Assembly (NCBI RefSeq): GCF_006345805.1
Contig: NC_043010.1
Location: 50,530,001 to 50,594,000 of the forward strand
Direction of reading: 5' to 3'
DNA length: 64,000 nt
Source of the DNA: Octopus sinensis
Lineage: Eukaryota
The position numbers were made by a program, and so were the translations under genes. Below, piece after piece: positions 36,687-47,374 of the stretch; positions within the stretch are counted from its first letter, which is position 1; each line of letters opens with the position of its first letter. The notes below the pieces were generated by a model. The model was not told the origin of the DNA, searched no databases, and worked only from the letters and a program-made list of their open reading frames with translations.

Positions 36687-39600
36687 GCATATACCGGAAC
36701 AGGACGTCACCAACAGTAAACAACATGAAATACGAAAACAAATGAGTTAAATATGCAAATAACAAGAGAAAAAAAGGACAAGTAATACAAAGGATGACCC
36801 TTCATTAGTAGTCAGCTGTCTATCTACTCTCCATTTTAAGCACGCCATCACAAGAATGCACAGGCAATGGCGCCTGTGAAAAGTGTTGGTAATGGTACCA
36901 TGTAAAAAGCACTGGTGATGGTGCCACATAGAAAGCACAAGTGATGGTGCTACATAAAAAGCACCCAGTACACTCTTTAAAGTGGTTGGTTGCAGGAAGT
37001 GCATCCAGTTGTAGAAACTATGCCAGAACAAACTATGAAGCCTGGTGTGGTCCCATGGCCTTACTAGCTCGTGTCAAACTGCCCAACCCATGCCAGTATG
37101 GAATATGGACATTAAATTATGTGTGTGTGTGTGTGTGTACCCTTGTCTCGACATCATGTGATGGTTGTAAATTAGCATCCCCACCATACAAGTGATGCTG
37201 TTCGTTTCTAGTCTTATGTGAAAAATGTCTGACCATGGAGGTATTTAACTTTGTTTGGAAGCAGGTGAAGGCAGGCAACAGAAAGGGCATCCATAGAAAA
37301 TCTATCTCAACAAATTCTGTCTGATCCATGCAAGCATGGAAAAGTAGACATAAAAATGATAATAACGATGATGATTACACACACATAGACATGAAAAATT
37401 AAAAAGCTTACGTCTAAATCTGTTGCTTTTTCTTCTTCTCCTTCTTCATCTATTGTAAACTCAGCTTTCATCTTCAAATATTCTTCATGTTCTCTTTTCT
37501 GTTCTTCTTCCTTTGCTTTCTGCTGAGCAAGTGCCTGAAAAATAATAAAAATGCTAATGATAATAATGGTTTCAAATTTTGGCACAAGGCTAGCAACTTC
37601 AGGGAAGGCGTTAAGTTCATTAAATTAACCACAGTGTACAACTGGTAACAACAACAATAATGATAATAATGGTTTCAAATTTTGGCACAAGGCTAGCAAC
37701 TTCAGGGAAGGCGTTAAGTTCATTAAATTAACCACAGTGTACAACTGGTAACAACAACAATAATGTTAATAATGGTTTCAAATTTTGGCACAAGGCCAGC
37801 AACTTCAGGGAAGGCGTTAAGTTCATTAAATTAACCACAGTGTACAACTGGTAACAACAATAATAATGATAATAATGGTTTCAAATTTTGGCATAGGGCA
37901 GTAATTTTAGTGGAAGGGGATCAATCAATAACACTGACACAAATTCTTGACTGGTACTTTATTTAATTGACCCTCAAAAAGATGAAAAGCAAAGTTCACC
38001 TTGCCAGCTCAAATGGTTTCCATTTTCAGCACATAACCAGCAATTTTCCAGGGAGGGGTTTAGTTGATGATGTCAGCCCAGTACTTGACTGATATTTAGT
38101 TTACCAACCCCTACAAGAGGATGAAAGGCATTGTTGACCCCAGCTCAAATGGTTTCAATTTTCAGCACATAACCAGCAATTTTCCAGGGAGGGGTTTAGT
38201 TGATGATGTCAGCCCAGTACTTGACTGATATTTAGTTTACCAACCCCTACAAGAGGATGAAAGGCATTGTTGACCCCAGCTCAAATGGTTTCAATTTTCA
38301 GCACATAACCAGCAATTTTCCAGGGAGGGGTTTAGTTGATGATGTCAGCCCAGTACTTGACTGATATTTAGTTTACCAACCCCTACAAGAGGATGAAAGG
38401 CATAGTTTTGATCCCAGTGGAATTTGAACTCAGAACGTAGAGAGCCTGAACAAATACTGCAAGGTATATTTTTCCAATGATCTATGGATTCTGCCGGTTC
38501 ATATCCTTAACAATAATAATTCTTTCTTTCTAATTTTGGCACAAAGCTAGCAATTTTAAAAGAGAAAGTATGTTGATTACTTAATCCCCAGATGCCATGC
38601 AGACAATTTGGTATGGCTGACTGGGCATTCATCTTGTTTTGGCCACTATACTTTTTAGCACTGAAACAAATACACGTGCATACACACACATACGTGTGCA
38701 CAAAAGTATACACATAGATAGAAAGAGTAAGAGAGGTAGGGAAAGACATTACAGTTTATCAAATGAACTTGGTTGATATAAATAATTTCCCTCACCCCCA
38801 AAATATAAAGGGAGATAACTTGCACTCCATCAGTTATGTGACGTGGTCAGTCCTTTGAATTACTTGTTTTTGCCAGCTTAGTAGACTGGAACAACACGAA
38901 ATAAAGCATTTCAATCAAGAACATAACTGCTGGGAACTGAGATCATGACCTTACAATTCTGAGCCTGATACACTAATCACAAAGCCATGTACCGATTGTG
39001 CCACAGGGGCAGCTACTTATGCATACCTTTCCTTCTTGGGACACAAAACTCTGCTTGCGAAGACCTGTTGAGGTAAGTGAAATCAGAATCAAAATTGCTC
39101 AAAAATCAATGGAAATTGTAGTTGTGATACCAGTGCTGGTGGCACGTAAAAGAACCATCCGAACGTGGCCGTTGCCAGCGCAGCCCCGACTGGCCTCCGT
39201 GCCGGTGGCACGTAGAAGTCACCAACTGATTGTGGCCGTTGCCAGCTTCGCCTAGCACGTAAAAAGCACCCACTACACTCATGGAGTGGTTGGCGTTAGG
39301 AAGGGTATCCAGCTGTAGAAACACTGCCAGATCAGACTGGGCCTGGTGCAGCCTCCTGGCATCCCAGACCCCAGTCAAACCGTCCAACCCATGCTAGCAT
39401 GGAAAGCAGACGTTAAACGATGACGATGATGTACCCACACATAGAGAAAATATACTCACACACATAAACAGAGAAGGAACTAGGGAGAGAACGGAAAAAA
39501 ACATTAAAACACCTGATGTCAAATAAGTAGGCATAGAACTGGTGATGCCAAAATGCCTGTGCCAAAACTTCTCCAGGCCTTGTGATCAAACAGCCAGACT

Positions 39601-42345
39601 GTCTTAAAATCTGATAATTTCAGAACATGCCATATCAATATTAATATCCTTTTCTACTCTAGGCACAAAGCCCGAAATTTTATGGGGGGGGGGGCAGTCG
39701 ATTATATTGACCCCAGTATGCAACTGGTACTTAATTTATTGACCCTGAAAGGATGAAAGGCAAAGTTGGCCTCAGCGGATTTTGAACTTAGAACGTAAAG
39801 ACAGACGAAATACTGCTAAGCATTTTACCTGGCATGCTAATGTTTCTGCTAGCTCACCGACTTATATCGATATTAATATAGAAACTTACCATTTCAGCTT
39901 CTTCTCGTTCCCGTTTTTTCTCCTCTTCTTTCTTTTTCGCCTCCTCAGCAGCTAACCGCTCCCTTTTCTCCTCACGTTCTATCTCCATTTGCTGTAAAAA
40001 TGTAAACCATCAATAGAATATAAACCAATATGCCACAGACAGTAAAGCAATTGCAAGAGTTAAATGACTAGATCAAAAAACACAAACTAGTAGGATTAGA
40101 TTGTCAACGGTCATCTCTACTAGCAGACAATTTAACAAGGAGTACACACATCCTTATATACAAATATATATCGTTATTTACATTAGACGGATATTTATCC
40201 TCATCTTGTTCTTAACCCTTTAGTATTTAAACCGGCCATATCCGGCCAAAATAGTTAATCTGTTTTATGTTCAAACAAACCAGATTCAGGCTCTCACACC
40301 TACCCTACAATGTTATTCTACATTAAGTAATTACACCATCAAGATCTTGAAGATATGAGATAATGCATGATTAATTCAAATTAATGGGAATCAATAGGCA
40401 TTATGTTTGATTGAATAATCAGAATACTAAAGGGTTAAATACCCAATTTTTATTTTGCTTTCAGTCCAAACTTTACCTCTCTCATTGCTTTTTTCTCTGC
40501 CTTTTCCTGTAGTTTACGCATCTTCTTGGCACCAATCTTGCCTTCAGGCATGGCAATGTTGTCGAAAATACTTTCTTCATTATCCGAAAAACTTTGTTCC
40601 TCTCCTCTTCCCACATTAACAGGTGCATCATCATCTGCAAGAAAGATTGATTACAATGAGTTAGATTCTAAACATCAAGCTATGCCTTCTATTCTCCACA
40701 ACCTAACAACTACTTTTCTTTTGAATTTTTTCCACTATTTAGTCCAGGAGTTCTCAACTATTTTATTCTGGTGGACCCCACCAGAGCCATTCAATGTTTA
40801 AAAACTAGTTTTATAGAAATGTCTTTCCAAATTCCTATTTTGTTTTTCACACATTAACTTGTGTAAGCTGAACTATATAAAATATTAGAGAAAGAAACTT
40901 AACTGTTTCTTGCAATACATACATCTAAAGTATAATTTTTTTAGGGGCCCTTAAAATACTATTTTGTTGCATGGACCCCAAAAATCTTATTTGGACCCTG
41001 GCTGAAAACCACTGATTTAGTCAGAGAGACAAGGTCGTTGCCTGTGATCCTTTATTCTACATGGCTTCCAAGACAGATAGGAAAGGAGGAAATGATCCTC
41101 AAATCAGAGAGCTAGGCCAAATGCTTGCAACAGAATGAAGGCAATTAAAAGCATCTAAGGACCATGTTGTGGTGTTAAACAGAGTGACGGATACAAGTCT
41201 TCCACCACCCAAGAACTCAAAATACAAAGAGCTCAGACAGCTTCCACATGACATCTCAAACATTCTAACAATCACATCAATCGTCACCAACCATGAAAGG
41301 CAGGATTTGATCTCAGAGTGTAGAGACACAGAACAAAAACAGTATGTCCTTATGTCCGACATTCAGCCACTTTGTTGCAAGAGAGAGAAGAACTGAACTG
41401 ATTTAGGTTCAAGAGTGTTAAAATATTCTTCATAAGATGCAAGCATGGTTATATGGTTAGGAAGCTTGCTTTGCAATCATATGGTTTTGGGTTCAGTCCT
41501 CACTGCAAGGAATCTCAAGCATCTCCTACAAAAGTTACATGTAGGCCAATGCTTTCTGAATGAATTTGGTAAACAGAAACTGAGTGAAAGTCTGTCATAT
41601 AACATACATTTTATATATGCATGTGTGTGTGTGTGTATATATATATATATAGATGAGTGTATTTTACCTTGTTAACAATTAACACGGAAAAAATAAATAA
41701 ATAGTTACCAGGGCAGCAAAAATCTCACAAGTAAAGGTGTTGTAACTCCTTGTTTATAAAGGTAGAAACTTCGTGTTAACGTTGAATATTTTGAATAATA
41801 TATGAATAAATAAATGGAGTTTAATGCAGGTGTAATCAAATATTTTTACTTTCGACACGTTTCGAAAATTCCACTGATACCATCGGTATCTACATATCAA
41901 ATTTGAGCGCAATTGGATGGAGGGTTTCCGAGATCCTAGAAGCCACACACACAGACAGACAGAACTGTTTATATATATATATATACGAGCAAAACGCACC
42001 CTCCCCATGTCCAATGGACGATGCTGAGTTGTCAAACATTTAAACCAAATTTTCTCAAAACAACTTGTCCGGCAGTCCCATAGGCCTCCCCTTTGAGAAA
42101 CACTGATTTAACCTAAATTTGAGACACCAGCAAAAGAAGAAACAAAAATAGACTTTTTTCTATTCAAAAGAAAAACGATTCCCCATGGCTTTATTGATCA
42201 CATTCTCACTTGGAAACGATTTTTGTAATTTTTATAAGACATCTACATGCCCTGAGACCGTCGGTATCTACATATCAGATTTGAGTGCAATCGGATGGAG
42301 GGTTTCCAAGATCCTAGAAGCTGCACACACACACACAGAACTGAT

Positions 42346-42378
<33 letters not shown>

Positions 42379-42946
42379 TTAACATCTGTTTTCCATGCTG
42401 GCAAGGGTTGGATGGTTTGACTGAAAATTAAGAAGTTGGGTTCCGATCTGATTTGGCATGGCTTCTACAGCTGAAAGTTTTTGCAGGAATGATAACCCGG
42501 TTTGCTTTGTTTACTTTCTTTTACTTGTTTCAGTCATTTGACAGTGGCCATGCTGGAGCACCGCCTTTAGTCAAGCAAATCAACCCCAGGACTTATTCTT
42601 TGTAAGCCTAGTACTTATTCTATCAGTCTCTTTTGCCAAACCACTAAGTTACAGGGACGTAAACACACAACCACTGGTTGTCAAGCGATGTTGGTGGGGA
42701 CAAACACAGACACACAAACATATACACGCACATACATATATATATATCGGAGTAAACACATAAATGTGAAACAAGGTGGAAAAAAGAGTACTCAAATACC
42801 AGTGGTAGAGTAATATGCTTTATTTAAAGCAGCAGAAAATTCAACAAAACCTGTTACTCTGAGTTTCCCGTTGCCGTTTGTCGGACGAACGGCAACGGGA
42901 AACTCAGAGTAACAGGTTTTGTTGAATTTTCTGCTGCTTTAATAAA

Positions 42947-42993
<47 letters not shown>

Positions 42994-44707
42994 TATACGA
43001 CAGGCTTCTTTCAGTTTCTGTCTAACAAATCCACTTTGGTAGACAGAAACTGAAAGAAGCCCGTTGCCCAAGTTGCCCCGCAGTGGGAGTGAACCCGGAA
43101 CCATGTGGTTGGTAAGCAAGCTATTTACCACACAGCCACACCTGCACCTATAAATGTGTGATGCTTACAGCACCTAGGTTTCCCAAGCAGTCACCCATCT
43201 AAGTACTAACTTGGCTTGATGTTGCTTAACTTCAGTGATCGGATGAGAACCGGTGCTTTCAAAGTGATATGTCCATAATTAAGTAACAAAGAAGATTATC
43301 CCATTTGTCAAAGTTTGCAGAAGGAAGGGTGTCAAGTAACAAAAAACAAAAAGAAATAAACCTATACTTCCAAGAAAATCTACATCATGAATGTTAGTTG
43401 ACACAGAAAAACTGACATAACATTGAAAATCTGTAAGAAAAAAAAAAATACCAGAAAAAGTAAAGAAACCTCTTACCTGAATCTCTCTCCAGTTGCATTC
43501 GCCGCCGAGCTATCTTACGCCTGGCTCCAACTGGGATATTCTCACGAACAGGAACATTCTGTAGTCGGTGTACAGGTTCAGCTTCAAATAGCAATGACAG
43601 AATATGTTAAATACTGATTCAAACATTATCATAATTAATCATCATCATCATCATCATCGTCGTTTAACGTCCGTTCTCCATGCTAGCATGGGTTGGACGG
43701 TTCGACCGGGGTTCTGGGAAGCCAGAAGGCTGCACCAGGCTCCAGTCTAATTTGGCAATGTTTCTACAGCTGGATGCCCTTCCTAACGCCAACCACTCCA
43801 TGAGTGTAGTGGGTGCTTTTTACGTGCCAAGGCTAGCAATTTGGTGGGAGAGGGAAAGCCAAATACATCGATCTCGGTGTCCAACCAGTACTGATTTTAT
43901 CAACCCCGAAAGGATGAAGGGCAAAGCCAACCTTGGTGGAATTTGGACTCAGAGCGTAAAGATGGATGAAATGCCACTATGCATTTTGCCTAACATGCTA
44001 ATAATTCTGCTAGTTCACCACTTGACTATCATAATTAATATGGACATTGATTAATGTGCTTGTTAATGAAAGAAGATAACACATGTACACAAATGTATTT
44101 GTACATATATAAATTTATATTTACAAGTATGACCTCAGACATAGCTTTTATATTCTGTTTTTTCTTTTACTTGTTCTCAGTCATTAGATTGTGGCCATGC
44201 TGGGGCACTGCCTTGAAGGCTCTTTAGGTAAATGAACCAACCCCAGTGCTTGTTTATTTTTACTTCTGGTACTTATTCTATCAGTCTCTGTTGCTGAACT
44301 AAGTTACAGGCACATAAATACACCAATACCAATTGTCAAGTGGTGATGGGTGACAAACACAGATACACTCACACACACACAATATATACATACACATATG
44401 ATTGACTGCTAACACCAGAAGTCTTTTTTATTCTTTCTCTGTGTTCCTTTCTGTTGAAGAGCATAGGCTCAAAACGTAAAAGATTTTCTCACCTTCCTGA
44501 GCGTTAAACTAATACACCTGTTTATTGCTTATATACCTGTCTTCTTCACCTTTTATTTTCTTGTAAATTTCAACTATATACATATATATAGTTGAAATTT
44601 CAGTGTAACTTTTCTGATGTTTCATTTTAGTTTGTCACAATCAAAACCTCAGATGTTTTTATATATATGAAAAGGATTATATTTAAGGAATGCAAGTACT
44701 GTTTGTG

Positions 44708-44745
<38 letters not shown>

Positions 44746-45496
44746 GACATGTTTATTTCAGTTTCCATCTACCAAATCCACTCAAAAGGCTTTGATCAGC
44801 CTGAAGCTATAGTAGGAGACAGTTGCCTATGGTGTCATGCAGAGGGACTGCACCCCTAGAACGATGTGGTTGGGTCATTAGCTTCTCACCACATGGCCAC
44901 ACCTGCACCTATGCAAGCTCCTTCAGAAAGACTTTCGGCATTCCGTCGATATAACTCGACAAAATTAAAACATTTCACTTCAGATATTTCCGTGGAAGCA
45001 AATTTGCGGATTTTACATACACACACGAAACAGGTAAGAACAAATATACAAGACTTTTTTCCTCAAGTTTAAATAAAATGAGACATTGCTGGCATAATTT
45101 CGTTATATCTATACTCCACAACCACGGAAAATACCCGAAGTAAAATGTTATGATTTTGTCGAGTTATATCGAAGGAATGCCGAAAGACTGTGAAATCATC
45201 AGGTTTACAAAATTAACTAAAATATTAATGAATCACGAGATATTAAACGTTGTTCAATCGAATAGTAACACAAATAAACAAATATCAACATATGTGTATG
45301 GTGCAACATATGTTTACCTGTGACGGAACATCTTACCTCTAACTGGTTGCAGTGGCTCGCTAGAGCTGAACCATCGGTTAATGAGAGTGAGTATCAAGAT
45401 AGTTAACAGCAATAACCCAACTAATACAAGGTAAACCGTCTCTCGGGGCCAAATCGACTGCTTATTGCCGGTGAAACTCTGACCGTGGTCAGCCAT
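33385..45496 (-). CDS. DDRGK1: DDRGK domain-containing protein 1 (UFBP1), 8 coding exons, 981 nt, 326 aa
   Basis: Exons 45337-45496, 43477-43581, 40477-40634, 39890-39991, 37412-37534, 35813-35851, 34297-34353 and 33385-33621 all have GT/AG sites and join in one open frame. The product has an N-terminal TM anchor, KIGAKK...KLQEK, a charged coiled coil and a PCI-like C-terminus with the literal [13 protein letters not shown] signature. Confidence 0.96.
34297..34353 (-). CDS. DDRGK1: DDRGK1 coding exon 7 ([19 protein letters not shown]), 57 nt; absent from the ORF track
   Basis: Acceptor atttcag, donor gtaggg; conserved KVV.LEDLA..F..KTQ. Confidence 0.93.
34516..34845. mobile_element. hAT-type MITE (DDRGK1 intron 6)
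   Basis: GGTTCTCAACC ... GTTGAGAACCCTG termini; same family as 40745. Confidence 0.75.
35813..35851 (-). CDS. DDRGK1: DDRGK1 coding exon 6 ([13 protein letters not shown]), 39 nt
   Basis: Acceptor cttacag, donor gtaag; conserved LL.EFINYIK. Confidence 0.93.
37412..37534 (-). CDS. DDRGK1: DDRGK1 coding exon 5 ([32 protein letters not shown]...)
   Basis: Acceptor ttttcag, donor gtaag; conserved [14 protein letters not shown] motif. Confidence 0.95.
37556..37895. repeat. 103-bp unit x3.3 tandem repeat next to the exon 5 acceptor
   Basis: Unit starts at 37561, 37664, 37767 and 37870; near-identical. Confidence 0.95.
38005..38402. repeat. 136-bp unit x3 tandem repeat
   Basis: Unit starts at 38005, 38141 and 38277; near-identical, SINE-B-tail-like. 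Confidence 0.95.
39890..39991 (-). CDS. DDRGK1: DDRGK1 coding exon 4 ([34 protein letters not shown])
   Basis: Acceptor tttacag, donor gtaag, 102 nt, phase 0; coiled coil. Confidence 0.92.
40216..40434. mobile_element. piggyBac-type MITE (DDRGK1 intron 3)
   Basis: TTAA-CCCTTTAGTATT ... AATACTAAAGGG-TTAA. Confidence 0.88.
40477..40634 (-). CDS. DDRGK1: DDRGK1 coding exon 3 (DDAPVNV...[23 protein letters not shown])
   Basis: Acceptor cttgcag, donor gtaaag; conserved KIGAKK motif. Confidence 0.92.
40745..41014. mobile_element. hAT-type MITE with perfect 8-bp TSD
   Basis: TSD atttagtc on both sides; CAGGAGTTCTCAAC ... GCTGAAAACCACTG. Confidence 0.88.
41860..42350 (-). mobile_element. Non-autonomous Helitron-like element in partial head-to-tail tandem; plus-strand copy at 59800-60180
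   Basis: 5' TC..TATATAAAA..CTGTCTGTCTG start and GC-rich 3' end finishing CTCGT; no TIR or TSD. Class is inference. Confidence 0.55.
42737..42942. mobile_element. Penelope-like terminal remnant with a 119-bp fold-back (42824-42942) and minimal hammerhead-like motif
   Basis: 59-bp arms with 1 mismatch; the arm reads C(C/G)GACGA-ACGGCAACGG-GAAA-CTCAGAG-TA-ACAG; flanked by (TA)n. Confidence 0.55.
43477..43581 (-). CDS. DDRGK1: DDRGK1 coding exon 2 ([34 protein letters not shown])
   Basis: Acceptor tatttgaag, donor G|gtaag, 105 nt, phase 1-1; basic linker as expected. Confidence 0.8.
44923..45193. mobile_element. MITE with about 70-bp TIRs in DDRGK1 intron 1
   Basis: ctttcggcattcc.tcgatataactcgacaaaat / attttgtcgagttatatcgaaggaatgccgaaag. 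Confidence 0.75.
45337..45496 (-). CDS. DDRGK1: DDRGK1 coding exon 1 (MADHGQ...[23 protein letters not shown]...PVR), TM anchor
   Basis: ATG at 45496, hydrophobic helix, donor G|gtaag; phase 1 matches exon 2. Confidence 0.85.
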
Positions 45497-45801
45497 CTTT
45501 AAATCGTGGCGACACAATTGAGTAGGTCGAAAACTGGAATGGATAAACGGAACGAATGATTATATTTATTGACAAACGAAAAACGGAAATGAATGTTACG
45601 CTCACAATATATTTCACATCATATGGTGATAACCTTATTATATGAATATTTTTAGACTTTATCAACATATGTATAAAATATTTTAAAATATATAAACATT
45701 ATACAGAAATAGTAATATTAGTTTTGGTTATGTTTTACGTTTCTTGGGGTTTCCAAGTTAGATAATTCCTACGACCATCAAGCAAACAAGAACCTCTACG
45801 T
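45497..45801. promoter_or_regulatory. DDRGK1 promoter/5' UTR, candidate bidirectional promoter
   Basis: Repeat-free, CpG-retaining interval between divergent ATGs 528 bp apart. Position-based inference. Confidence 0.55.
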
Positions 45802-47374
45802 CAGTGGTTCTCAACCAATTTTTAATAATGGAACCTTCTGATTACTATTTTATTGTAGTGGAGCCATCTGATGTTTAAAAAACTATCCTCTGTGTGAAAA
45901 GTCTGGCTGCATACACGTTAGCATATGTCAGGTGCATACAACTGACAACACAGTTAATTAAGATTTATTCAGTGAGTTCTATTCAACACATATTTACAAT
46001 CAGCAGAATCATTATTAACTTTAGATGGCTCGCAGGCGAGGTGAACAAATTGGTGAGAGAGATAGACTGGCAATACTTCTACGCTACCAGCAAATTAAAG
46101 ATGGGGTCGCAAATGAAACAGTGAGTGATCTTTGCAATGCCTTTCAAGTAGACCGCAATATACCAGCGCGAATTTATAAAAATGCAACTCTTCATGGAAC
46201 AATACAGCCAAAACAGCGTTCTGGGCGACCAAGCCTTGTCAAAAATGCTGCTTTGCAAGAAAGAATGGTCAATGCTATTCGTGAAAGGCGTACTGCAACC
46301 AGTAGACAACTTGGTAGAGAATTGGGATGCTCTAACAGTACAGCAAACATAATGAGGCATATTCTAAAATTTTGTGCTCAAGGCCGTGTGAGTAGACCTC
46401 CTTTATCTGCCCTAAACATGGAAAAACGTTTGCAGTTTTGTCAGGAACATCCAAATGTTAGACCACATACAGGTTTCTTAGATGAAAAATGGTGGCATAC
46501 ATTTTGGGGTAGCAAGAAGATTTACAGACGGTCAACATCACCGCATATTTATGAACACCCACCATGTCATGTTCCTAAAGCTATGTTTATCGCTGTGATT
46601 AGCAGAGACGTGCCTGGTGGAAAAGTTGGCTTTTGGCCAGTTGCTGAACAAAGACAATACGTACGGAACTCTCGATATCATCAACGCGGTGATCCTTATT
46701 GGAGTGATTCAAGCTGCGATGGTGCTTTTTTCTGCCGTACACTGGATGTTGATATTTTACCAGCCTGTGAAGAACATGGGATCCGCATATTGCAAATGGA
46801 CAATGCGAGACCACATATTGTCAACAATTTGGATGCTTCTATTGCCGAAGTAATGGCTCGTCACCCGACAGTGCAACTTTTATTGCAACCGCCCCAAAGC
46901 TCGGATTTAAATCCATTAGAGGAAGGCATTTTCAAAGTTTTGGTCGATAAAGTTGAACTGAAAAACCCTACAACGCGGCATGAATTGCACGAAGCCGTCT
47001 TGCAGTCTTGGGAAGAGCTATCTGAGCGGAAAATTCGTGGATGTATTCAACATCAAACTCGTGTTCGGCGTCAAATAGTTGACTGTCGTGGGGGTAACAG
47101 ATTCGTGTAATAAATTTTGTGTTTATTTTTGTTTCATAATATATTTTGTTTTTCATATGTGTAGTTTGAGCTATACAAAAATTTGAAAATTAGCTTTTTC
47201 TTGCAATAAATACATCTAAATCTAGACTTTTTCCTTAGCCTTTAAAATAAGACTGTTTACTATTTTGTTTACATGGACCCCAAAAAATCCTGTATGAAAT
47301 AGATAGAGAAGAAAGAAAATCATAGTGATGGTGCCTGGTTTTATTTTCATACGGATCCTGGTTGAGAAGCACTG
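45802..47374 (+). mobile_element. hAT (Charlie-like) MITE shell enclosing the transposase ORF
   Basis: TIRs CAGTGGTTCTCAACCA / TGGTTGAGAAGCACTG match 15/16; 8-bp flanks ctctacgt / ctttatgt. Both halves align to the simple MITE copies at 34516 and 40745. Confidence 0.8.
46025..47110 (+). CDS. Intact IS630/Tc1/mariner-superfamily transposase-like protein, DD39E catalytic spacing, 361 aa
   Basis: N-terminal HTH region with SGRP, then FLDEKWW, KAMFIAVISR, GKVGFWP, QMDNARPH, QPPQSSDLNPLE and a GGN C-terminus. There are 39 residues between the second D and the E. No stops or frameshifts; AATAAA overlaps the stop. Confidence 0.92.
   Translation: MARRRGEQIGERDRLAILLRYQQIKDGVANETVSDLCNAFQVDRNIPARIYKNATLHGTIQPKQRSGRPSLVKNAALQERMVNAIRERRTATSRQLGRELGCSNSTANIMRHILKFCAQGRVSRPPLSALNMEKRLQFCQEHPNVRPHTGFLDEKWWHTFWGSKKIYRRSTSPHIYEHPPCHVPKAMFIAVISRDVPGGKVGFWPVAEQRQYVRNSRYHQRGDPYWSDSSCDGAFFCRTLDVDILPACEEHGIRILQMDNARPHIVNNLDASIAEVMARHPTVQLLLQPPQSSDLNPLEEGIFKVLVDKVELKNPTTRHELHEAVLQSWEELSERKIRGCIQHQTRVRRQIVDCRGGNRFV

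Noticed and set aside
37556-38402. CRISPR-like array
   Set aside because: Whole units repeat with no unique spacers; eukaryotic intron; no cas genes.
45886-45905. TA-TCCTCTGT as a degenerate Stowaway-like left TIR of the DD39E element
   Set aside because: Too short, and no reciprocal sequence after the ORF.
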